Origin: an uncultured virus (IMG/VR IMGVR_UViG_3300022752_000050)
Lineage: Duplodnaviria > Heunggongvirae > Uroviricota > Caudoviricetes
Virus record (IMG/VR): IMGVR_UViG_3300022752_000050
DNA: 64,000 nucleotides
Direction: 5' to 3' (one strand)
Of this stretch, positions 30,149-37,888 are shown one piece after another. The notes under the pieces are model-generated. The model was not told where the DNA came from. It was given only the letters and a program-made list of their open reading frames with translations, and did not search any database. The translations under genes and the position numbers were made by a program. The first letter of the stretch is position 1; each line of letters begins with the position of its first letter.

Positions 30149-30349
30149 TTAGTTGTCTATGTCTTTTTGTCGCAATCCACCTTTGGAAACACGTCCTTCT
30201 TTATAGAATTGTCGGACACGTTCGCGGCGAGTTGCAATCAAGAGATCATATTCTTCTTGTTGTTGTTTGCTGAAAATAAAATCTTGTTGTCTCCAAGAAG
30301 TTTTAAGTTCTTGGATGTGAGGCAGCACGTTAACAATTTGTTCAGTCAT
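30149..30349 (-). CDS. Hypothetical protein
   Basis: 66-aa ORF. Confidence 0.6.
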   Translation of the reverse strand: MTEQIVNVLPHIQELKTSWRQQDFIFSKQQQEEYDLLIATRRERVRQFYKEGRVSKGGLRQKDIDN

Positions 30350-30353
30350 TTAT

Positions 30354-30542
30354 TCAGGATGCAGGAGTTTCGGTGTCGGTGGGTTCTTCATTAGTTTCTA
30401 CCTTAGTCACATAGCGAATGTTGTAAGGAGAACTGTAGAACCTGCGGAAAGCAGTGACAATAATAATGAACGCTGAAATAACACCAACCAAGCCAAGGAA
30501 GGTAACAGCATCACCAGTGAAAGTGTAGGTGTCGGGATTCAT
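30354..30542 (-). CDS. Small membrane protein
   Basis: One hydrophobic segment VTFLGLVGVISAFIIIVTAF. Confidence 0.6.
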   Translation of the reverse strand: MNPDTYTFTGDAVTFLGLVGVISAFIIIVTAFRRFYSSPYNIRYVTKVETNEEPTDTETPAS

Positions 30543-30874
30543 AGTAGTTTAGAAGTCGATGTAACCAGAATCAATCAAAGATTGAAGAGTGCGTCCATAA
30601 TGCCCCTGCAACCACTGGTGCGCTTTTGTATCATAGATTTGTTGAAAAAGAGTAAAGAACTCTTCTTCGTCAAGTTCGCCAGATTCATAGCGAAACAAAA
30701 GATCGGTGTCAGGCATAATCAAAAATCAACGTTAGATTTCAAAAAAGCATCAAAGGATTTATCATCATCTTCTTCATCAAAGAGACCTTCATTCATCTCC
30801 TCAACAAAGTCAAATGAAGAAAACTCCTCAATTTGGATGTCGTCAAAGGAATCCATAATTCATAGGTTGCTTAC

Positions 30875-30905
30875 ATTATAGAGACATTTTAGAGGATCCA
30901 AGTTG
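30875..30905 (-). repeat. 31-bp element R10 (divergent)
   Basis: attatagagacattttagaggatccaagttg, 5 mismatches; upstream TAA 3 nt away. Confidence 0.9.
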
Positions 30906-30908
30906 GTG

Positions 30909-31052
30909 TTAACGAACAAGAATCTTTATATCTTTTGCTCCCTGTTGTTCTATGACTTTAGACCAAAACTCAGCATCATCAATTTTTAAGAATGTTGCAG
31001 TTTGCGTTGAGTATCCTTTCTTTTTTGGTTTCAAATATGTTACTTGGTACAT
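30909..31052 (-). CDS. Small hypothetical protein, 47 aa (not in ORF track)
   Basis: MYQVTYLKPKKKGYSTQTATFLKIDDAEFWSKVIEQQGAKDIKILVR. Confidence 0.6.
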   Translation of the reverse strand: MYQVTYLKPKKKGYSTQTATFLKIDDAEFWSKVIEQQGAKDIKILVR

Positions 31053-31218
31053 CATTCCAATGTCGAAGAGCGTTTGCTACAATAAAACAGTTTGTAATTA
31101 AAATAGACAGAAACATCAAAAGACGAATAAAAGCAATCTTATCCGCCTCTTGATCATTTTTACTTGCTTTTTCTCCCAAAGATTTAGCTAACAATCTCCA
31201 GAAACTTTTATGTTTCAT
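30979..31218 (-). CDS. Small membrane protein
   Basis: WRLLAKSLGEKA...DKIAFIR...NCFIVANALRHW. Confidence 0.6.
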   Translation of the reverse strand: MKHKSFWRLLAKSLGEKASKNDQEADKIAFIRLLMFLSILITNCFIVANALRHWNDVPSNIFETKKERILNANCNILKN

Positions 31219-31403
31219 TTATCAGATTCTTTAAGCAGTTTAACTTGATTCCAATCACTTTTATACACCAAAACGCAAACATCATTTACGGGATGATTTC
31301 CCACACTAACGCAAACAGAGATGTATTCATCACAAACAAATTGAACTTTTCCTATCCAGTTTTTGTGTTGAACTACAATACCTTCAGTAAAAGATGGTTT
31401 CAT
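31215..31403 (-). CDS. Hypothetical protein
   Basis: 62 aa; ATGA overlaps. Confidence 0.6.
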   Translation of the reverse strand: MKPSFTEGIVVQHKNWIGKVQFVCDEYISVCVSVGNHPVNDVCVLVYKSDWNQVKLLKESDK

Positions 31404-31705
31404 ACAAATGCACTTTCTAGCGGAGTCTGCCTCAACGGCATTGCTGTATAGTTTCTAGTGTTCTCAAAACTTACAATTTTACCAACCGTTTTTGAATTTA
31501 TAGGAGAATAGAACTTTTGATTCTTACTTGACCAAAATCCCCAAATACAACGAATTGGTTTGCCCAAATTGTAGTCAAACTCTCTGTCATAACATATCCA
31601 AATGCTAAAAACATTTCGCTTAAACTCCTCAACTTCATAGAACATTCCTTCTGGTGCTTTATGAGTAAACTGTGAAATCAAATCAATGGAGAGTTTCATC
31701 AACAA
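31400..31705 (-). CDS. Hypothetical protein
   Basis: 101-aa ORF. Confidence 0.65.
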   Translation of the reverse strand: MLMKLSIDLISQFTHKAPEGMFYEVEEFKRNVFSIWICYDREFDYNLGKPIRCIWGFWSSKNQKFYSPINSKTVGKIVSFENTRNYTAMPLRQTPLESAFV

Positions 31706-31862
31706 TCGTAATCTTTGACGTATGAAAGCAGTTTAATCTGTTCTTGGAGTTGGAGAATCTCTTTTTGCTGTTCTGTAATCTTTTGTTGCAATTGAGTGAT
31801 TCTATCTTGATATTGAGTTTTAAGTTCACCAATCATACAATTAGTGTGTTCTACATTTTGTG

Positions 31863-32102
31863 TCATGTCGTAAAAGACTCAACAACACTAGATTCCATTT
31901 CCTCTGAAAGTTGATAGACACGGGCATTTAGAATGTTTTCTTTTAGATCAGTATAATACTGTTCATAAAATCCACCAGTATCTTCAGCAGAAATAAGATC
32001 AAAACACTCATTGTCATCCTCTGCAACTACATTCCAGAGTCCACCATATTCTGAACTCGGAAAAGGAACATAATGATCAACAATGTAAAGAAATTTTGCC
32101 AT
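31863..32102 (-). CDS. Hypothetical protein
   Basis: LYIVDHYVPFPSSEYGG motif. Confidence 0.7.
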   Translation of the reverse strand: MAKFLYIVDHYVPFPSSEYGGLWNVVAEDDNECFDLISAEDTGGFYEQYYTDLKENILNARVYQLSEEMESSVVESFTT

Positions 32103-32553
32103 TTGTCTTTGTAAATTACTCCTTGATTTTAGAAAAGAATGAGGGAAATGTCAATCAATAGAACTCCGCAAGATAATAATCAACTGTTATCTCAAGTTTT
32201 TCTGCTTCACGCTCAACTTCTTTCCAAAACTCTTCCGCTGCCTTGTTCATTTCTGCTTGTTGGATTAGTTTTTTGATACGGTCAGAAATCATTTGCGTTT
32301 GTGCTCATCTAGATGATAAAAGTGTTTGGAAAATAGTGCAAAGAACATCCATGCAACTGATGCAGAGATGATGAGAAAATAAATCACTTTACATTACAAT
32401 CAGGATGCCATCCCGCTTGTTGTTGACAGTATCGTTCTTTTGGAGTTGGTTGATTGTATGCTTCATAGAGTTTTTGGTCTCGTTGTATAAGAAATACATT
32501 CCATGCAACAATTACAACAAAACCAATCAATCCTGCAGCAATATACTTGCGGT

Positions 32554-32742
32554 TCATTTGGAAGAAGAGTTAGATTTGAAAATAAGATTAGCAAGAAAGA
32601 TGATAGCAAATTTCTGCCAGAAAGACAAGATTACACCAAACCAAGACAGAATCAGTCCAAGTAACCACGCCTCAAAAAGAAGTCCAGCAGTTGCAAGAAC
32701 AATTACAGCAAAAAGAGCAAGAGCAGTAGCAGAAGTTTTCAT
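32554..32742 (-). CDS. Small membrane protein
   Basis: Hydrophobic 62-aa ORF. Confidence 0.55.
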   Translation of the reverse strand: MKTSATALALFAVIVLATAGLLFEAWLLGLILSWFGVILSFWQKFAIIFLANLIFKSNSSSK

Positions 32743-32745
32743 AGA

Positions 32746-33180
32746 TCAAACAGCGAGGGCACCAGAAGGGATTTCGACAACTTCAGGCAGTTTGCTATCA
32801 TCAAACTGATTCATGTTGTAGCAAACCCATTCACCACTGCGGAAGACATATGCAAACTCTTCGCTATTATCGGGCAGAAGATATGCACACAGGTCAGCAT
32901 CAAGGCGAGGAGGGCAATTCTCACCACGTTGGGAGTAGTATTGGGGACCATATTCCTCAACCTTATTAGGATAAGAACCCCAACGGTCTCCAGTCCAACG
33001 CTCATTAGTCCAACAAGTGCTCATATCGCCACCATCAATCAGTTCGGCGGCAAGTTCTTTGCTATTGTAGTGTGTCTTCAGGATGCGACCCAACCATTCG
33101 GGATAGGAATCCCAGTGATGATAAGCAGAGAGCACAGAACCATCAGAGAGTTCGATGCCGATGCGTCCACGAGTTGCCAT
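32746..33180 (-). CDS. Conserved phage hypothetical protein
   Basis: MATRGRIGIEL...YHHWDSYPEWLG..L..HY; first gene after R11. Confidence 0.75.
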   Translation of the reverse strand: MATRGRIGIELSDGSVLSAYHHWDSYPEWLGRILKTHYNSKELAAELIDGGDMSTCWTNERWTGDRWGSYPNKVEEYGPQYYSQRGENCPPRLDADLCAYLLPDNSEEFAYVFRSGEWVCYNMNQFDDSKLPEVVEIPSGALAV

Positions 33181-33196
33181 TTGATCTTGTGATTAC

Positions 33197-33227
33197 ACTA
33201 CAGAGACACTTTGGAGGATCCAAGTTA
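33197..33227 (-). repeat. 31-bp element R11
   Basis: 2 mismatches; methyltransferase TGA 3 nt away. Confidence 0.95.
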
Positions 33228-33230
33228 CTA

Positions 33231-33680
33231 TCAAACAAAGATAGTGCCTTGATTGAGAAAAATCTTTTGCATCATTAGATGCTCATCATCAGATTGTTGA
33301 TTAAGTTTTTTATCTGGATTTAGAGAATCTCCCATAATGATAGTTCCTCCACCCAATCTTTTCTTGCAAAGATCTACATTATCTCTCATAATATCCACAC
33401 CATAGATGTCTTTCAGTGCCTCTTGTTCGGATACCTGATATGCAAAGACTTTTAACCATTTAACAGCAACAAGAAACTGTCCATCACCACAAGCAGGATC
33501 AAGAACTGTTTTACCAGGAGCAAAATCATTCAGATCTGCTTTCTTTAACATTCGGATGACAAGATCTGTTGGTGTGAATACTTCAGCAGTTGCCTTGATT
33601 CTATATTCATCCCGATCAATCTCACCCATGTAGGTGTGATCGTTCATGCAATCTTTGATTTTATCCCACATATTGCTCAA
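33231..33680 (-). CDS. DNA methyltransferase, SAM-binding half
   Basis: EVFTP (motif X), VLDPACGDGQFL (motif I), IYGVDI (II), GDSL (III); no motif IV. Confidence 0.8.
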   Translation of the reverse strand: MSNMWDKIKDCMNDHTYMGEIDRDEYRIKATAEVFTPTDLVIRMLKKADLNDFAPGKTVLDPACGDGQFLVAVKWLKVFAYQVSEQEALKDIYGVDIMRDNVDLCKKRLGGGTIIMGDSLNPDKKLNQQSDDEHLMMQKIFLNQGTIFV

Positions 33681-34557
33681 TGTACTCCCTCTCCTCTTCA
33701 GTCAATCCAAAAAATAGATACATTTCACTATCAGTCATTTTACGATCTGTTGGTAGATTTGGCAATGCACAGAATACTTTTTCATTACCAAAACCAGACC
33801 ATTTTGCTGTCATGAGAATATATCTGATCAACTTACTATTCAGATTATATGATAAGTTATATCCACATTCATCAGATGGCACGAGCACATAATATGCCAT
33901 GTCTGTGCCACCTAATTCACCTTCATCGTAGAATGGTTTTGTATAACCACTACGAGACCACATTATTTTCTTTTTATTTGCCCAATCTTGCCGAATCTTG
34001 GAATACCAAATCTGCTTGTTTGTGTGTAGAATAGGATGCACATATTCATCATCTTGAGTTTTACTGATGATGCCAGTGTTTCTGAGTAGATTAACATTAT
34101 GACAGGTTACATAATCATATCTTACATCCAATTTGTCAGTTGTATCAAACACCACCTTGCGATGAATAGATAGTGATTCTTCACATACATCAATCGGCAA
34201 ATAGAAGGTGGATTTATCAATTTTGTGATAAAATGTGCTGACATCAGTTACAATTTCTGTTTTTCCGTCATTGAGTTGGTTGCGAATCATGTAGTCCGCA
34301 AATGTGCTTCCCACTTTCGGAAAATAGGTTTTTGTATCCAAGTGCAGAAACTTGACTGCCTTTGACTGAAAGATTTTGAGAATCTTGTTGGATGGTGATA
34401 GAAAACTACTGGGAGAAACCTGAAGAAGAACCCCTCCAGGTTTTAACCAGTCACTGAATGTTTTCTGAGTAAAATCAATCCACAGTTTGTGTTGTGTTTT
34501 CTTTTTGTTTTTCGAATCCTGAAATGGTGGATTCGTTGCTACAACATCAAACTGCAT
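33661..34557 (-). CDS. DNA amino-methyltransferase, catalytic plus TRD half
   Basis: FDVVATNPPF (motif IV) at the N-terminus, LKPGGVL..VSPSSFL, C-terminal LNSKLIRY TRD-like region; start probably the ATG in a TGATG overlap. Confidence 0.8.
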   Translation of the reverse strand: MQFDVVATNPPFQDSKNKKKTQHKLWIDFTQKTFSDWLKPGGVLLQVSPSSFLSPSNKILKIFQSKAVKFLHLDTKTYFPKVGSTFADYMIRNQLNDGKTEIVTDVSTFYHKIDKSTFYLPIDVCEESLSIHRKVVFDTTDKLDVRYDYVTCHNVNLLRNTGIISKTQDDEYVHPILHTNKQIWYSKIRQDWANKKKIMWSRSGYTKPFYDEGELGGTDMAYYVLVPSDECGYNLSYNLNSKLIRYILMTAKWSGFGNEKVFCALPNLPTDRKMTDSEMYLFFGLTEEEREYIEQYVG

Positions 34558-35681
34558 CAGCACACTCCTGCTTTTTTAAGATTAAGATAGGTATTGATAG
34601 AGGTAGAAATCTCTTTGGACTTTTTAGGGCGCCGCTCACCGTGAAGCAGGTCAACACCTTCTTTCTCGTGATATTGAGCACCAGAGTATTTTGCTTTAGG
34701 AAGATACCAAGCACCATTCTTTTGCAGAGTGAAAGGAACTTCGATGCTCACAATCACACCCGCAGAATCACGCAGAGTGAACAAAACACCCTTCTTATTT
34801 GTGATATATTCTACCACAGATTCATCAGAGTTGACACGTTCCAGAATCTGTGCATATTTCTGATTAAACATGGAGCACAGATATTTGCCCTTACCAACAA
34901 GCAGAATCTCCTCATCATAGTTAAGTCCTGCCATCTTGATGATGCGACTCTTCACTGCATCTTTAGAGATCGAATCCAGAGCAGAGATAATCGTTTGTGC
35001 TGCTTTCAGACCATAGGATGCACAATCACTCTTCCACTGAGAAGATACATTACTCCAGTAACGTGCTTGCTCACCATAAGTATAAAACTCTTTGATGGTG
35101 TCATTTACAGTGTCAAAGAAGTTATACACATCTTTGAGAGCATCGTAACCAAGTTCTTTAATCAAACAATCACGATACTCACGATCACATCCCTGAAATA
35201 CTCCGTCAGTGAAAGGATCGTGGAAAATACCAACACCAGCAGACTCAAACAGAAAATTGTTCAGAAATGAGTGCCAAGTGCCTGAACACAACTGAATACG
35301 ATTAAATCCTTTCTTGTAGTTCTTGAGAGAGAAAGAAACAGTGGAACCATCCTCAAACTGAATGACAAAATCACCCTTCAGTTTCTTATCACGAAACTCA
35401 CGCTCAACGTCTACAAAGTCAAACTTGCGTCCAGGATACTTGGCGAGCAAATCAGCAAAGAACTTATCAACAACAGCATCAATGTTTTCCTTGTAGACGC
35501 TCTTGTTAAACTCATTCAGTACATCACGATCTTCACAATACTGAGTGAAAGTATTGTATTTGTCGCTCACATCATCGGTGAGTGCAACTTCGTTCTCAAC
35601 AGCATGTGCCTGCAGAAGATACACAATGTATGCTTCTGCAGCATCCTGAATGAAATGATCTTTTGTGCAACCAGCGCCCAT
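34557..35681 (-). CDS. Putative restriction endonuclease (PD-(D/E)xK-like)
   Basis: KGDFVIQFEDGSTVSFSLKNY resembles the D-x(n)-SLK nuclease variant; translationally coupled to the methyltransferase genes. Confidence 0.55.
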   Translation of the reverse strand: MGAGCTKDHFIQDAAEAYIVYLLQAHAVENEVALTDDVSDKYNTFTQYCEDRDVLNEFNKSVYKENIDAVVDKFFADLLAKYPGRKFDFVDVEREFRDKKLKGDFVIQFEDGSTVSFSLKNYKKGFNRIQLCSGTWHSFLNNFLFESAGVGIFHDPFTDGVFQGCDREYRDCLIKELGYDALKDVYNFFDTVNDTIKEFYTYGEQARYWSNVSSQWKSDCASYGLKAAQTIISALDSISKDAVKSRIIKMAGLNYDEEILLVGKGKYLCSMFNQKYAQILERVNSDESVVEYITNKKGVLFTLRDSAGVIVSIEVPFTLQKNGAWYLPKAKYSGAQYHEKEGVDLLHGERRPKKSKEISTSINTYLNLKKAGVC

Positions 35682-35697
35682 AATAAAATGTGTTTGT

Positions 35698-35728
35698 ATA
35701 GTAGGTACGTTTTAGAGGATCCAAGTTA
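35698..35728 (-). repeat. 31-bp element R12 (most divergent)
   Basis: atagtaggtacgttttagaggatccaagtta, 7 mismatches; upstream TAA 3 nt away. Confidence 0.88.
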
Positions 35729-35731
35729 CTA

Positions 35732-36127
35732 TTATCGACAACCAATGCGGGAATAACTTACTCCAAGTGCAAGACCTAAGGGAACAGACCACCCATAAGC
35801 ATTTGGTTTTGATACTGATGCAGCGATTGCACCACCTAACAATCCATTAAAAATAGTTCTGTTCGGATCGCATCGAGGAATATATTGTGCTGTATATTGT
35901 GGTTCTGAATATACACCACCACAAGGAATTGGTTCTCTCCTTGCTCTAACATAACCATTCACATATCTCCCATCAGGCGTTTGATATCCTGGGACATATT
36001 GCTCCACATTCCTATAACACTCATCCTGAACATTATATTGTTGAGAATGTGCGGGAAGTTGAGAAAGTAAAATTGTTGACAATAAAACTGCTTGGAGTTT
36101 CATTTTCATTTTATGTATATCTATCAA
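35732..36127 (-). CDS. Hypothetical secreted or glycine-zipper-like protein
   Basis: Signal-peptide-like N-terminus; GLLGGAIAA...PLGLALG. Confidence 0.65.
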   Translation of the reverse strand: MIDIHKMKMKLQAVLLSTILLSQLPAHSQQYNVQDECYRNVEQYVPGYQTPDGRYVNGYVRARREPIPCGGVYSEPQYTAQYIPRCDPNRTIFNGLLGGAIAASVSKPNAYGWSVPLGLALGVSYSRIGCR

Positions 36128-36170
36128 TTATACAGGAAAAGAGAAGAAAAGTAAACCTCATATGCCACTT
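36127..36170 (-). promoter_or_regulatory. sigma70-type early promoter with upstream AAGTGGCA box
   Basis: TTTACT-17 nt-TATAAT. Confidence 0.55.
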
Positions 36171-36172
36171 TC

Positions 36173-36337
36173 TCAACCTCCTTTCTCACGCAAACTACGA
36201 ACAAGATATTCTGTAAACTCTTCCATTTTTTGAGGAGCAACTGCTTGAGGTCTTTCATTGATTGCATTTTTAAGTGCAGTCATTTCCTTCCACTCTTCTT
36301 GAGTCAGTTTGTTGTCTTTTCCTGATGAAAGAGTCAT
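36173..36337 (-). CDS. Small hypothetical protein, 54 aa (not in ORF track)
   Basis: MTLSSGKDNKLTQEEWKEMTALKNAINERPQAVAPQKMEEFTEYLVRSLREKGG. Confidence 0.6.
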   Translation of the reverse strand: MTLSSGKDNKLTQEEWKEMTALKNAINERPQAVAPQKMEEFTEYLVRSLREKGG

Positions 36338-36427
36338 AATTTTCTTCCGAATTGTGTGATTATCCTAACATTATTTAATCAAAATGACTTGATGCTTAAT
36401 ATTGTCTTAAGAGTATGTTAACAATAC

Positions 36428-36682
36428 TTAAGATTTTTGATCTAACTCATCTCTCAGTTGTTTTGCAATTTTCATTGAGCGATTCCATATCATCCATTTA
36501 ACAATTGGATTGGATGGATTATGCAGCAACCACCATTTGATTTTCTCATAATGAATTCTTACTATCTTACTCAACAAAACAAAAGCAGTTGCAACACTTT
36601 GATCTGTTACGATAGCGTAAAGCAACAGTGCAAAAATTGCAAAGTAAAATGTATATGTCAAACTCATTTTACTGCTCTCCAC
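36428..36682 (-). CDS. Small membrane protein
   Basis: 84 aa, hydrophobic N-half. Confidence 0.6.
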   Translation of the reverse strand: MESSKMSLTYTFYFAIFALLLYAIVTDQSVATAFVLLSKIVRIHYEKIKWWLLHNPSNPIVKWMIWNRSMKIAKQLRDELDQKS

Positions 36683-36733
36683 TCTTTTCTTATTTTAATG
36701 TATTTAAGATCTTTTTATTCTCTTTAAAATTAA

Positions 36734-36952
36734 TTACTTAAGAACTTGCCAATGTTCATTTCCCTTCTTGGGAATCCATGTATAATATTTACGATTGATG
36801 GAGACAAGAAAAAACTCATCCTCAGTTTCTTCTTTGATTTCCATTGCATGAAAAGAAGACATAACGTTCACAAAACGTTCTTTTGCCTTGGAACTCTTCG
36901 GAACTACATTCACGAATTGTTTCTTGTTTTTAAGATTCTTAAGAGTTTTCAT
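36734..36952 (-). CDS. Hypothetical protein
   Basis: 72-aa ORF. Confidence 0.65.
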   Translation of the reverse strand: MKTLKNLKNKKQFVNVVPKSSKAKERFVNVMSSFHAMEIKEETEDEFFLVSINRKYYTWIPKKGNEHWQVLK

Positions 36953-36990
36953 AATTTTTCAACCTCCACAAAGGTTATTATACAGAGTTT

Positions 36991-37446
36991 TCAGAATGAT
37001 GTCAAGCGATTAGGGAAACTGTAGATAAAGTCATCAAGTCCCAGGTATTCATTATAGAGCTGTACTTCCATTTGATGTGCTTCTATCTCCCATGGTTGAT
37101 CAGAATAGTCCGTCTGAGAGTGATCTATGCCCCTCCAAAGGCGCTTACCATGCTTATCCTTTAGATTACCCATAACGTGCTGATAAACGTGCCAGAGTTC
37201 ATGAAATAGGGTATGAAGATATAAATCAGAGTGCATTTGATTGTGTAACTCAATCTCAAATTCTCTTGGACGTGAGTTAGAATCCATCACAGTACACCAT
37301 CCATAAACACCTTCTCGTGCAAGTCCACGATGATTCACTACAATCTCCAATTTGTGTCTTGGAAGATACTTTTCGATAAACCAATTTACAGCATCAGCAC
37401 ATTGCCTCTTGCTATAATTGTATCCGCTTGTGTAGAGTGTCAGCAT
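36991..37446 (-). CDS. Zincin-like metallopeptidase
   Basis: TLFHELWHVYQH (HExxH) and PWEIEA. Confidence 0.75.
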   Translation of the reverse strand: MLTLYTSGYNYSKRQCADAVNWFIEKYLPRHKLEIVVNHRGLAREGVYGWCTVMDSNSRPREFEIELHNQMHSDLYLHTLFHELWHVYQHVMGNLKDKHGKRLWRGIDHSQTDYSDQPWEIEAHQMEVQLYNEYLGLDDFIYSFPNRLTSF

Positions 37447-37568
37447 CAGAATACTGCGTTCAGTGCAACTTCAGATACTTTAACACCCCAATGAGTGAAC
37501 CAGATAAAACTGGTGACAAAAAGTAAGCGATCCAGATTGGAGTACATTGATTTGTTGTGTATGTACCC

Positions 37569-37625
37569 ACTATAAAACCCACCAGGGCAATCCTGGTGGG
37601 TCTGTGTGACACTTATTAAATTGTC
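37569..37625 (-). promoter_or_regulatory. Early promoter element with stem-loop at the head of the early region
   Basis: GACA...AAGTGTC dyad, ACCCACCAGG/CCTGGTGGGT 10-bp stem, TATAGT -10. Confidence 0.6.
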
Positions 37626-37632
37626 TACTGAA

Positions 37633-37869
37633 TCATTCTGCTAGTGCTGCTTCTCCATCAGCAACCGCAGTCTCAAATGGTGTGAGATCGTGATCTTCGG
37701 TCCAATATGTTTTTCCAAGCATAATCTTAAGATGTTCTACATTACGCTGAATTGCATTTCTACCATTTTCAGTAAGAGGATCTTCTCCTACAAACTCATT
37801 CACAACTGAGACGCTATCCATAGTCGAACGATAGCTTTGATTAATTTTTTCTGGGGTCATTTCTTCCAT
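37633..37869 (-). CDS. Hypothetical protein
   Basis: 78 aa; AGGAG RBS; end of the sulfotransferase operon. Confidence 0.7.
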   Translation of the reverse strand: MEEMTPEKINQSYRSTMDSVSVVNEFVGEDPLTENGRNAIQRNVEHLKIMLGKTYWTEDHDLTPFETAVADGEAALAE

Positions 37870-37888
37870 GATTTTACTCCTTTTGGTT

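Noticed and set aside
33231..34557. Frameshifted methyltransferase pseudogene
   Set aside because: Both halves keep intact motifs and lie in reverse order, which a single frameshift in a gamma-class gene would not produce.
34494..35270. 258-aa plus-strand ORF
   Set aside because: Antisense to the nuclease gene, non-ATG start, no recognisable motifs.
20854..35728. CRISPR array reading of the 31-bp repeats
   Set aside because: Intervals are 0.3-2.5 kb and contain whole genes; no constant spacer length and no cas genes in the window.
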